Positions 1-12,013 of a stretch of 64,000 nt of DNA are shown here, piece by piece. Positions within the stretch are counted from its first letter, which is position 1, and each line of letters starts with the position of its first letter. Both the position numbers and the translations under genes were made by a program. The notes beneath the pieces were generated by a model. It saw only the letters and a program-made list of their open reading frames with translations, did no database searches and was not told where the DNA came from. Location of the stretch: positions 1,366,001-1,430,000 of the forward strand of contig NC_087252.1 in the NCBI RefSeq assembly GCF_037042905.1, written 5' to 3'. Source of the stretch: Lytechinus pictus (Eukaryota).

Positions 1-19
1 AAAATAGTTATTGTTCCAG

Positions 20-1359
20 TGTCTGCAGGGGAGAGGGAGAAATTAGATCAAATAAGCTCATTACATTCAGGAAATAAAGCACTTTCAGACTCTCTTGGGC
101 TAAGGGTTTCACTGCCGTCACAGATAAGCAAGAGATCACCAAAAGAAGGAGATGAGCAGAAATCCCAACATGTTGTATTAACACGGACAAAAGACACAAC
201 TGAACAAGCTGATGGATCAGTGAAAGCAAATTCAACTCCTGATGTTGTACCCAAAATTGAAATCACATCCCCTGAGCCTGTTGACAAAACCGAAGCAAAA
301 TCTGTAAGCGACAGCAGTCAGAGAGATATCCAGAAAGCTTCAGATAAGGATTGCAAACATGTCGTGTCAAGCAGTCCGTCAGATAGGTGTAACCATCAAA
401 TGGTTTGTTTTATGAATGGACATCGAGGTACGATCCCCAAAACCGTGGACGATCTGAAATGGGTTAGCAAGAAGATCACCCAGAGTGGTGAAACTGACCA
501 AGAAGAGACAGCACCTACTGAATCCACGCCACAGCATACCCCGATGGAAGCTGCGCTCATATCGTCTGCTTTGATTGCACCCGACATTGCTGCACTAACG
601 AAGAAAACGAGAACTGTCGAAAGAGTAAGTCCTCCGCCCGCCAAGGTGACGACAGCGCCAGCGGAAAGTGAGAATGAGGTACGTGCGAGAATGCTTTCAT
701 TGCAGTACAAGAACAGTGACGCAATCCTGGGAAACCGTTACGAACGGAAGCTGGACTCTGTCGGCAGCGAGCAGGAGCACGAGGTCGCCAATACCATTTT
801 GACGATTCACTCGCGTCTTCAGCAACAGGAGCAGGAACGCCAGCAGAAACAGGCGCAAACCTGCGACGCCGACTCAACCGTCAAAACCGAGCCCGTTAGT
901 CCCAATCCTGTATTAAGCAGTACTACAAGTGACAATCCTTCGGCCCAGTCGCAGTCGGGAAGCCCGCTTTCACCACCCGTCCTCGAGAGAGAAGGAGACA
1001 GACCGCTTGCGAAGAACAGCAGTGACAACGATGATATGGAACCCAATCTAATCATCGATGAAACACTGAAATCTAAATCTCGCAAACGAACGAGAACGCC
1101 TACAAAGTCCATCCCAAACCTTTCACCTACAAAGACCTCTTCGACATCATCGAGCCCTCAGTTGAGTACATCGTCGAGTACCTCTTCGACGTCAGACTTT
1201 GTTGGAATGCCCAGCAACGCGGGAAAGTCTGAGAAGGTGAAGATTACTGGTGACCCCAAAAAACTTTGGACAAAGAAAGCAATGGCCATGATGGGAAGTC
1301 TAGAACCAAAGAGAAAGAGGAAAAAGAGCGAGAAATCAGTCCCCAAAGAAAATTACTAG
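20..1359 (+). CDS. Terminal coding exon of an unidentified gene (S/T/P/K-rich low-complexity C-terminus, basic KRKRKK NLS-like motif); upstream exons outside the window
   Basis: 446-codon open frame starting right after an acceptor (ttgttccAG at 18-19) and ending at TAG 1357-1359; GC-richer than the flanks; followed by AT-rich UTR-like sequence. No recognisable domain. Confidence 0.75.
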
Positions 1360-1916
1360 AATTTTTTTGTGTTTTATGTAAATCACCTGTAATTTCCCTA
1401 CTGAAGGCAAGATACATAAGATTCACATATTGACACATGCCTGTACTTAATTGGAAGGATTTCTTCAAAACCCTTTTCCTGTGTCAAAAATAAAAAGGAT
1501 AATTGCATAGCATACTCAACCTTAACATCAGTCCAGCCCTGTGTTTTTTTTTCATTTCCACCCCAATTCATGAACTCCCTGAACCCTGATGATCTAAGAA
1601 TCTTTCCTTATGAGTTAGAAATTACTAGAGAAGTACATCAGTTTGGATTAATTCAGTAAGGAGGGAAGGGGCAAGTGGGTTAGATGTTCATATTTCATTC
1701 ATTTACCCCAAAATTTATATGCGCAAGGTTTTTCCTTGTTTAATCCCCATAGGATAATTTTGACAAGACATAAAATTGAAAGATAAGCAAAGATCTAGGA
1801 CCAGTATTCTGAACTCAGGATTAATTTAAAACTCTGGTCTTAAGACAAAATTGTGAATTAAACTATGGATAGCCAATTGTAACATCAGTCTTCAAGAGTA
1901 GTAGTTGAATTTATCA

Positions 1917-2495
1917 CCCGGGGGGGGGGGGGGGGGGGCACTTACATTGACGAGTGGATACCATGCGCGACCAAAAAAACATGTAAAAATTATGTCTTTT
2001 TCAAGATAGGGCACGTTACGTACGTAATGTAATAAGGGTGTCAAAAACACTAAAATAATGAAAAAAGGGTATCTATTTTGATAGGAAAGCTACGTGTTTA
2101 GGGTCAAATTTGCGAGAGTATAAAAAAATCAAGACTAAAATGTTTTAAATAGGATGTACTTTTTGCCCCAAGAGTCAACACTACATGTTTAGAGTACGAT
2201 ATTTGCAAGTGGGGCTGTACTAAACCCAATGATGTAGGTAAAGGTAAAACCGACGACCGACGTCCGTGACATAACAATTGAAATATACTTGTTTAGGGGT
2301 TCAATTCAGGGAATATACTTGCCAATAGTATCGTTTTGTTTCCAATACTTGTTATGGGTAGGGTTTCACACGCCAAAACTTGTTAAGGGGTACATTTTCA
2401 GAATATGGAAAATACGTGTTTAGGGTGCTTTTTGAGATCTCATGGTCGCGCATGGTATCCACTCGTCAATGGAAGTGCCCCCCCCCCCCCCCGGG
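1917..2495. mobile_element. MITE with CCCGGG(G)n termini and 8-bp TSD, nested inside an older MITE
   Basis: TIR gcacttacattgacgagtggataccatgcgcgacc / ggtcgcgcatggtatccactcgtcaatggaagtgc; TSD atttatca at 1909-1916 and 2496-2503. Confidence 0.9.
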
Positions 2496-4973
2496 ATTTA
2501 TCAGCTAATCTGCCACTCCAATCATTCGGATCTGTTTGAGAATGATAACTGAAAAAAGTTTTGTTTACCATTCATGCATGGATTAAGAACTTAATTCCCT
2601 AAAAAAAGGTACACAAAGTAAACAAAATCTTGACATCTTTGGCTTATCATAATTTTAGCATTGACTTGGTTGAGTTACACTGGACCTCAAAATATGGGCG
2701 TTTAGAACAACTCAGTCTTGTTATCTACTTTGGGCAGTACTAATGATAATAATAATTGTGGCTTCTTGTATAGCGCACAGGTCCACCTTTCGGTGCTCAT
2801 TGCGCCAATATTTCCCTTCCATTGCTTAAAACAGATGATAGAGGTTTCTTCCTACTTTAGGGGATGATATGAAATACCCTTTGCATTGCCAAGATAAGCC
2901 CAGTCTGTTTTTATTCTTTCATGGTTAATTTATACACATTATGGCCCTTATTTTGAAGTCCAGTCTGAGGTCATAATCAAACTCTTTTTTTTGTTAATAT
3001 CACGGGAAGCCAAAAATGGTGTTTACATCCTATCTCCCCATACTTCAATTGTGAATAAAGATGTGTTAGTTATACCATGGACCTACTGCTAGTAGGTCCA
3101 TGGTTATACCAAGGAGGTTTAAATGAGATGGAGTAACAGCAAACAAAATCCCTTTGAACAAGCTTCGAAGCCGCCAGCAAAAAGTATGTCAGACATGCAA
3201 TTTGCTCAACATCTCTTGCAATTGTGTAGACAAATGATTCCCGCATTAATTACTTTTTCGCCGCATCTTGGTCTGGTTATATGTGTAGTACATAATTCGG
3301 AGGCATGCGGAAATAAACTATGCAATATGTCCTGAAATATGACTCAAATTTGCTCGACTGGGCATGTGCGGGCACTCATCTGGCATATACAGTAATGAAC
3401 AACAATATTCCACCGACCACATTTGAAATTTTCATTCGCCGCAAACGATCGGAAAAGTGTTAAAAACTGGTTTCAGTAAAGGTCTAATTCTTTCTTTTTT
3501 CACTAATTAAAGGTTAATTGATATAATCTGGGCAAATATCTTGTTGTAATAGTGCTTGGTTATTGATGTTTTGTCATGCGTTCAAATTTCAGTTTGGTTA
3601 TTAATATGAAAGATGGAAAATCAATACAAATGAATATTCGTAAAATTTCACCCCTCGGATTTCTTCAATGAAACTGCCGGCTTCGAAGCTGGACATCAAA
3701 AGGGTCCTTATTGCCGTTCTTTCTTTTGTGCTTCTTTAGAAATGAACAGCTGCTTGAATAAATTTGTTGACTGTTGGAACTCCAGTCATAGAATCTCCTT
3801 AGTTATACCACAACTATAGGCCAGAGTTTAAAGTTCAGATTATAGGCCTATGTGTATTCGTAATACCTCAATAACTTTATGGCTTTAGTGTGAAGTGCAC
3901 GTCCTTTCATAGTTTTGGGGAAAGGATTCGTTGAAAATTTCAGCTATTTCATTTTTTTTATCTATGGCATTACTCTGAACTCTGGTTGACCCTGATCTTT
4001 AAGTTGGTGTTAGAGTCTTGCATTTCTTTGTAAGACGCAAATCTGGGAAGCATTTCAAGAGAAAAATATTGTGATTTTCTCTGATTATTTGTTATAAGCT
4101 ACTGAAATCCTTGCATCTGATTGGCTCAGAGCAAATTAGCCAGTGATTTTCACTGACTATTATTTGTTTCATGAAATGTTGGTCCACATCATTTATATTG
4201 CGCCATATTTCAGTTAAAAAAACATTCAAAGACGCAGGCTCATCCAATAAAGCTAATTATTACACATCTGCTGAAATAAGTGAGTTTTGAGGGATGATTT
4301 GAAGAGTTCATTTTGTCAATGTTCGTGTGATTGAATTTAGAAAGTAAGCCAATCAATATCAAGGATAGTTGTCAAATCCGACAAGTTGTCAGATGGCAAT
4401 GTTAATGAAATGCTGTCCTAGGGGACATCTTTGAAATAAAGAAATCAAATTAAATTATATATTTATATATCATGTATGTTATGTCTTAAATGGGCATTCA
4501 TTTGTGTTTACTACCAATGTCATCAGGCCTTTGACTTTCATTATGTTTTCTTCCTTTGAAATAACTTATTGGCAGAGTTCTTTGACTCTAATTATCAAAG
4601 TTGACATGCTATTTTTGTAGTGTAAGTTACCTATCTTATGTCTGTTTGTTTGTCATTATAGGATAATTTCTCATAGATATCTTTTTCCTTTGAAATACTG
4701 TTAATCTTGATGTAGAGAGTTATTTTAGGCAATATTTGGAATGGTTGTGCCAGTAAAAGAAGATAAGCATCGAGTTGTTTTGACCTTGATTATATTTTTT
4801 AAGTTAAACAAGATATTAATTTTGACCAGTCAAACATGATGTAACCAAGAAGGGTTCAATATTCTTTTCCAAACCTACCCATATCTTGTTCTTCTCTGTC
4901 TCCTCCTCATCTACAGATAGACAATCATTTTTGTTCCCCTTTGTTTGGAACAATTTCTCATCATTTATCCTGG

Positions 4974-5206
4974 CAGGGCTCGACATTAGCAGTGGCCCGG
5001 AGCAACCAAAAATGAGGGTCAGGCCACCAAATTGCTGTAAAAGCCCACACTTAGTGGCCCAGTTGGGCTACCAAACTTTTAATAAATTGTATTATTTTCT
5101 ATCATTGTAGGGCCGCCAAATTTGCTTTGCGGGTCATCAAAAATATGAAATTATTCATTTGGTGGACTAATCGGGCCACCAAGAAAAAAGTTAGTGTGTA
5201 GCCTTG
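4974..5206. mobile_element. Short member of the CAAGGCTC-TIR family (see 20273-22150)
   Basis: Ends cagggctcgacatta / tagtgtgtagccttg; ggccacc subterminal repeats; flanks atcctgg / atcctgt. Confidence 0.75.
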
Positions 5207-7004
5207 ATCCTGTCATATTGATGTTTTGCTGAATAAGACCAAATACCTCAGTACATCTGATTTTTAATCTGACTTGCATTTGTAGTCGGCCATGGATAAT
5301 GGAACATACAATCTAACTCAGTTGGTGATAGCCAAAAATATCAATTTGTTATCCTTTATGTTTTTGTGGGTTACCTGAGATCTACCAAACCATACCTTTT
5401 GAAGGTGCATAGGTATTAGCCTCACAAAGAGAAATTAAAACAAACCTTCCATACAGTTAGAGACTAGTTGTATGGTATTGTGCGTCTCTAATAAGAATTG
5501 ATTATTATTATTATTATTGTTAGAGTCGGATGGATGTCAGCTCATATATTTGAAGACATAATCCAAACTGCCATTGAAGAAGGCTATTATGCTATGGAAC
5601 TCTTTGACTTCACTATCTTATTGTGGTTCAGTAGCAATTATGATTTTTGTGCAAGTGTTGGTCGCACTCTAAATGCACTTCATCTTTTCAATGCAGATTT
5701 GCATTCATGTACGAATTATGCACTAATTGAAATTTCATTTTAAAAAATGAACAAATTACATCAGATGTCAAATTTAATAATATCTGTCGCATACATTTAT
5801 ACATGTATAAAAATGTCAGGTACAAATTCTTATTTGATTTTGACATAAATCATTTGGCCATTTTTGTTTTATTCTGATTACTTTGTTTGGCTTTTAGGAG
5901 CATTTTTCCTTCTCATTTATTTTCTATCCTTTGTTTGCGTTGTAGTGTAGATTTGCATAGTAAATAGCTTTTTGTGCCAATTTTGCTGAACAGACATTTT
6001 TCTTTTGTTCATATTCACTTGCTGTACGTGTACCAATAACATTTGCATTTTCTCTTCAAGTTTTTCACATATGTGAAATGAATTTTGATATGCGGTATTC
6101 ATGATATACCAAACTACAAAAGGGGCATTACTTACCGTTTAACTATGTATGCAAATCAACGTTATTGTCTTGTCAATGATTATTGTATTGAAGGATTGAG
6201 TAATTTGTGGTCATGTTCAGTTTAATGAATGCACCGAGTACTATTTTTGATCGAGACGTAATTCTTAGAAATTTCTTCCCCTGTATGAAGGGTGTATTAT
6301 CGGGCAATTATGTGGATGTACATATAGGAATTCAATTTTTTGAATGAAAAATAAATCTAGGTTTAAAGGTATTAGTGTGTTTGATTTTCATCTTATCTAT
6401 GTGGTTGAGAATGGCGAGTGTCTCTTGATGCATAGAAAGAGAGATATTAACGTTCCCATTTTCTTTCTCTCTCTCTCCATGTTTCTCTTCATATCTCTCT
6501 ATCCATCCACTTTTCTTCCTCTCTTCATCTCCCTATTGCTCCCTCTCTAAATATCTCTCTATCCATCCCCTTTTCTTCATCTCCCTCTGGCTCTCTCTCT
6601 CTTTGTCTTCATATCTCTCTATCCATCCCTCTTTTCTTATTTTTTTCTCTCTCTCTCATCCATCTCCTTGATCCAGTATCATAAAGACTTGTTATCATAA
6701 CAAATTGACAATTTCAGTAACAAAGTATTAGCCAATCAGATTGAGTGATTTCAGTAGCTTTAAGCTGTCATTGTAAATTTGTTTTAACATATATAATGAA
6801 AGGGGACCCCCCCCCCCTTCTCTAACTCTCCCTCTCTTGTTATTTGTAATCAGCACTGAGAATTTTCACATTTTTGCTGAGACAAATAAAAAAAATCTAA
6901 ATTAGATTTTTTTTCTCTTCTCTTTTTTCTTTTACCCCTCTCTCTTTCTCTCTATCATCCCTCACTCGCCGTCTCTCTCTCTTTCACCAAATCCAGATAA
7001 CTAA

Positions 7005-7416
7005 AGCCCACCGCACACCTTACGACCCGTTTGGTCTGCGACTGAGAAGAGATGATTCGCAAGGTAGTCATAAGCCTCGACATCGCACACCTTGCGATCC
7101 GACTACCATGCTGTCTGCGACTTACGCATGCGCTTTTTGCTTTTTGCCATAGCAACTGAGAAAATACGCTTACTACTGCGTATGCGCGTTGTTTATTACA
7201 TATGCATCGTGCAACTCTGCTGTCTGGCTGAAAGTTGGATTGAGCTTGCGATCCAGTCATAAGGATTCGACATGGCAAATCCTTACGATTTTCCTTGCAA
7301 CTTGTCTCTGACCGGTCGGCGACTCTCAAGCTAACAAGAGCTGTGACGTCACATCTCCCCTCACTCAGTCACAAGCCAGTTGGAGACCAGTCAGGTCGTA
7401 AGGTGTGCAGTGGCCT
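7005..7416. mobile_element. PIF/Harbinger-like MITE
   Basis: TIR agcccaccgcacaccttacgacc / ggtcgtaaggtgtgcagtggcct; TAA on both sides. Confidence 0.8.
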
Positions 7417-7466
7417 TAATTTAGCTACTTTAACAACACAGTCTATTCTAGATTCTCTTCTCACTC

Positions 7467-7472
7467 TTTAAT
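7467..7472 (-). terminator. Candidate SELENOS polyadenylation signal (ATTAAA)
   Basis: tttaat on the + strand, about 135 nt 3' of the SECIS. Confidence 0.4.
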
Positions 7473-7606
7473 GAAAGCAGGATAAATTAAATAAAACATT
7501 TACAAATAACTTTCATTTCATCATAGAAAAATACATGTAACAGAGGAATGGACAAAATTCTTTAAATATCCCCCATTCATAAAAGCACTAAAAGACCATG
7601 TCAATG

Positions 7607-7671
7607 TTACGGCGTTCTCGGTATAAAGCCACGATTTGAAACCGTTTGAGCCTTAGACGTCATACGAGTAA
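7607..7671 (-). promoter_or_regulatory. Type II SECIS element in the SELENOS 3' UTR
   Basis: Minus strand UUACUCGU-AUGAC-GUCUAAGGCUC-AAA-CGGUUUCAAAUCGU-GGCUUUAUAC-CGAG-AACGCCGUAA. AUGA core, AAA 11 nt later, helix II GUCUAAGGCU/GGCUUUAUAC (9 of 10 pairs), apical mini-stem CGGUU/AAUCG, 3' GA, helix I UUAC/GUAA and CGU/ACG. Confidence 0.85.
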
Positions 7672-8800
7672 GTTAAGCAAGGAAATTCAGAATAAAAAAA
7701 AACACAAATATAGGGTGGTTTCACCGAGCTGTTTCTAAAGTTATGAATGATTTTATGAACAAATTTGATAACAACTACCAACATGTGGGCTAATTGTTTT
7801 TTAAATATTGAATTTAAAAAAATCTATAATTCTTTTGAGATATTCCTAAGCATTATTTGTTCTGGACTGGAATGGTATTATCAAATATAATCATCTACCT
7901 ATAAAAATAACGACTCAATTTTCAACTAATGAGCTTAAACATGATTAAGAATCTTATATTTGGTTGGTATCATTCCAATTGCTCATAAGTTATAAAGAAT
8001 TCATGAAACTACCACTGTGTTACTTCACTTTAATAGGTACACAAGTTTTATAACAAATTACACTTTCTTTTGAAAAGGCATGTCTGAATGTACACAAATA
8101 ATACAGAATAATGCTGAAAAGTATGTTATAGCTCAAGTAATGTTTGCACTGTAAACAAGTATTCAAGCTCCAATCGAATTCTAAGAATGGTTGAAAATAT
8201 CAAACTACTGTACATTCTGTTTACCTTAAAATCTCAATTAAAAAACAATTTTTCCAGCAACTGTGAATCTTTGAAAATTTCATCATCATCATCATCACCA
8301 TCATCATCATCACATATTACCAAAGAGTTACAGTCCAAAGACAAAGAAAGATTATATGTTTACTATATACACTAATAAATAGGAATTTCATATTGCCTTT
8401 AGATCTTAGAATGTCTTCATAATTATATCTGAATTTCCTTGCTTGTTTCTTACTGCCTTATAATATTGACATGGCAACCCAAATTCCATAGCTGAAAATG
8501 TAGTAATAATATTAATAATAATCCGCTTTCATATAGCGCTTAATACATCGGAACGACGTGTCTAAGCGCTTTACAGATATATTATTACCCCGTTCATCGG
8601 ATTCAATCAGTCATTCCCGCACACAATGTGTGCACGTCCTCCACTCCCTGGGGAGTATTCCAATGTAGCATTGTCATCTATATATTATATGGTTTTATAG
8701 CAATAAAGATAAAACAATGATCCATGTTCATGTACGTGTATATTGAGAGTAAAGCTGTAAGTCACCCCCCCAAAAAAAAATAAAAATAAAATAAAATAAT

Positions 8801-8958
8801 GGCCCGAATTCACAAAGGTGGACTAAAGTTAACCCATGGATTAGTTAGTCCACCGTTTGTGAATAGCGCGGTGGACTAACTTTATACCCGGGTATTAGTT
8901 AACCCCTGGCTAAATTTAACCCCGGTATAACTTTAGTCCACCTTTGTGAATTCGAGCC
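8801..8958. mobile_element. Palindromic Harbinger-like MITE in the SELENOS 3' UTR
   Basis: TIR ggcccgaattcacaaaggtggactaaagtta / taactttagtccacctttgtgaattcgagcc; AAT TSD. Confidence 0.85.
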
Positions 8959-9130
8959 AATAGTGATAAATAAATAAAATAAAATAAATAAATGAATAAA
9001 TAAATAAATGAATAAATAAATGCATAAACATTGTTTTTAAATGAAACAAAGAACATAGGTGGGAAGAAGGCACATTGATCAGGACAATAACAAAGTTTAT
9101 AACACAAGATGAAAATGACTGAAATACATA

Positions 9131-9434
9131 GGCCCATATTCAGAGGTCCAGTTTAACTTAGACCATGGGATAAACTCTACCCTAAAATTATGGGAAGCCA
9201 AAAACTTCAAAGAGTTGTTCACATTGGAGGTTTCTCATGTCCATTTTTCTCCTTTCTCATGCTTTGATTGATGAAAAAGGTATTTTAGCTGCCATTTCCA
9301 AAGTTTTAGATGATTTGAGTGCCGATATATAGAAACTGTACTGTTAAATATTTGTGTCTTAGCGAGCTTTCCATAGCTAAACCACAGCTTTAGACCAGAG
9401 ATTAAAACAAACATTTCAGTTCAGAATACGGGCC
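9131..9434. mobile_element. ~310-bp Harbinger-like MITE (GGCCCGTATTCTGAAGT family)
   Basis: TIR ggcccatattc / gaatacgggcc, ATA flanks; same family at 15099, 30858, 33672 and interrupted copies near 1800, 2943 and 37098. Confidence 0.8.
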
Positions 9435-10153
9435 ATAGTATACCGGTATCTGAAATTACATCATAACTATCATTTTCAACTCATTCAACATGGCACAAAG
9501 TTCCACATAATACTTGCATGACTTCAGGCAAGAATAGGGAATGATTAATACTTGACTTCACCAGCTTTGGAATTTGGGTTTTAAAATTAAAATGTACACA
9601 GATACAAGGTCACACAATAATCCAGCTATACTTCATAAAATGAAATGTTCACCCCGACAACACTTGAGCCGTATTGCATAAAATTTACTATTACGGTAAA
9701 TTTCCTATCAACCGACCACATTTAAGGATACCATGGAAATAACGATGGATGATAAAATTACCATAATAATAACTTTCACAGCAACTCACATGTAAATATG
9801 TAAACATGGACTACACCAATGTTGTAACAAGTATGTCCAAAATTTAAAAGGAGGTGTTTCAATCGCTTGCAAGTCAAATTTTGATACCAAAATTGAAATT
9901 TACATTTGCATTTGGTTACAGAATTGCTTTTTGTGGATGATAGCATTTGATTTGATATGCTTAAAATTGGTCAAGTCAATTACTCACAAATGTGAAATTG
10001 GTAATTGCAATCGATTGAAAATTAATTTCTTGTCACACCCCCTTAATGTATATTAAAGTATGGATGTTAAATATTCATTACAGCTGTTTTGGATATATTT
10101 GATAAAGTATGACTGGAACACTGTGTGACCTCTGAATGACCCGTGTACGACCT

Positions 10154-10236
10154 TTAACCTCATCCACCTCCGCTGAATCCTCGTCTAGGTGCCGGCCGGA
10201 ATCCTGAACCTTGTCCGCCCCATAGTGGGTTGTAAT
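10154..10236 (-). CDS. SELENOS: Selenoprotein S, terminal exon (DYNPLWGGQGSGFRPAPRRGFSGGG-U-G-stop); Sec UGA at 10162-10160
   Basis: Acceptor aatttcAG; YNPL motif and C-terminal GGA TGA GGT TAA, the canonical SelS GGUG* ending. Confidence 0.95.
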
Positions 10237-10587
10237 CTGAAATTATGAGAAAATATCAGAATGCTGTATTTAGATTATAGTGAGTATAGTTTTTTAACTA
10301 TTAATTTGTATCTATTTATGATTTTAATTATATTATGACTGTATTGTTTCTGTGCAAATTCTTCATGTGCTGATTTTGATTTTATTATATTGCCAATTTA
10401 TACAAGAAATTATGCTTCCTAGGATACAAGGAATTGTGCTTTTTATCAGATCGTGGAAAAAAAATCTAAAAATCTAAAATCTGTGACCTCTCCACATTTT
10501 CAATGTCAATGGTTTTGTAAAGACTTTTTTTTCATTTGTGAAAATAAAGTTTAACTGAATTGAATCGGATACATAAGATTTTAAATG

Positions 10588-11575
10588 AACAAGTGGAACG
10601 CCTCTGGCAGTCTCGCCTGCATTACGCGATTTAATATAGCAGCAGTGCTAACTTTGAAAACTACTGTAAGATAATCATTCACAAAAACACCATTCATATA
10701 ATGACATAATACCACTTCATTGACCATAGATGACATTTGAACGGTGACTTAAGACTTGTCAACTACACCCATGTCCACATTTCATTCACTCTATCCATAA
10801 ACTTTCAAAGTTATGATGGCAATTCAACAATTACCTCGACATGGCCTAAGTTTATTGACCTTAACTGACCTTCGACCTTGGTTTTGTGACCTGAAACTCA
10901 CAGGGGATGTTCAGTGATACTTGATTACTCTTATATCCCAAGTTTTATGAAATAGATCCATAAACTTCAGAGTTAGAATGGTAATTCAACAAATACCCCC
11001 AACAGGGCCAAAGTTCATTGACCTTAAATGACCTTTGACCATGGTCATGTGACCTGAAACTCGTACAGGATGTTCAGTGATACTCGATTACTCTTATGTC
11101 CAAGTTTTATGAACTTGATCCATAAACCTTCAGAGTTAGGATGGTAATTTAACAAAGACCCCCAACACGGCCAAAGTTCATTGACCTTAAATGACCATTG
11201 ACCATCGTCATGTGACCTGAAACTCAGGAAGGATGTTCACTAATACTTGATTAACCTTATGTCCAAGTTTCATGAACTAGATCCATAAATTTTCAAAGTT
11301 ATGATAGTAATTCAACAAATACCCCCAACTTGACCAAAGTTCATTGACCCTAAATGACCTTTGACCTTGGTCGTGTGACCTGAAACTCGAGCAGGATGTT
11401 CACTAATACTTGATTAACCTTATGTCCAAGTTTCATGAACTAGGTCCATATACTTTCTAAGTTATGATGTCATTTCAAAAACTTAACCTTAGGTTAAGAT
11501 TTGATGTTGACGCCGCCGCCGCCGTCGGAAAAGCGGCGCCTATAGTCTCGCTCTGCTATGCAGGCGAGACAAAAA
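10588..11575 (-). mobile_element. Helentron-associated (HINE/DINE-1/pearl-like) non-autonomous element with internal ~163-bp tandem repeats
   Basis: Subterminal inverted repeat gtctcgcctgcat / atgcaggcgagac; adjacent short IR and (CGG)n microsatellite; T-rich ends; ~4 copies of a 163-bp unit (ccaaagttcattgacc at 11008, 11171, 11334). Confidence 0.75.
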
Positions 11576-11946
11576 TGCAACATTGAAACAAAAATACTAA
11601 TGCTACTAAATGGAAGAATTAAAGCTGACAAAAGAGCTCCAAATAGTCAAATGAGTTACGTAGGATTATAGAGACTAAATAAGCATTGTAACAATTTGTA
11701 TGATACATTTGGATAGTCAAATTCTCAGATCATCATATCGGGTATCCATTTAACACCTGGGTGAGAGTAGCAAAGTGTGGATTGACGCCTTGTCAAGGGA
11801 TGCTAGACCGCGGTGAGATTTGAACCCACGACCCTCTGATTACAAGGAAAGAGTCAGAACCGCTACAGCACGACTCTTCCACAGATTAAGAGTGAGTGAT
11901 ATAACCCATCCATTTTTCCAAAAAAAAAAACCTAATCCAGGCTTAC

Positions 11947-12013
11947 CAGCTCGGAGTTTCTTTTTAGGTTTATCCTCTCGACTCGCTCCACGGGCTTCCG
12001 TTTCATCAGCTTC
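11947..12013 (-). CDS. SELENOS: Selenoprotein S, exon 5 (EADETEARGASREDKPKKKLRA)
   Basis: Acceptor tttttacAG, donor G|gtaagc; 67 nt, phase 0-1, linking exons 4 and 6 in frame. Confidence 0.88.
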
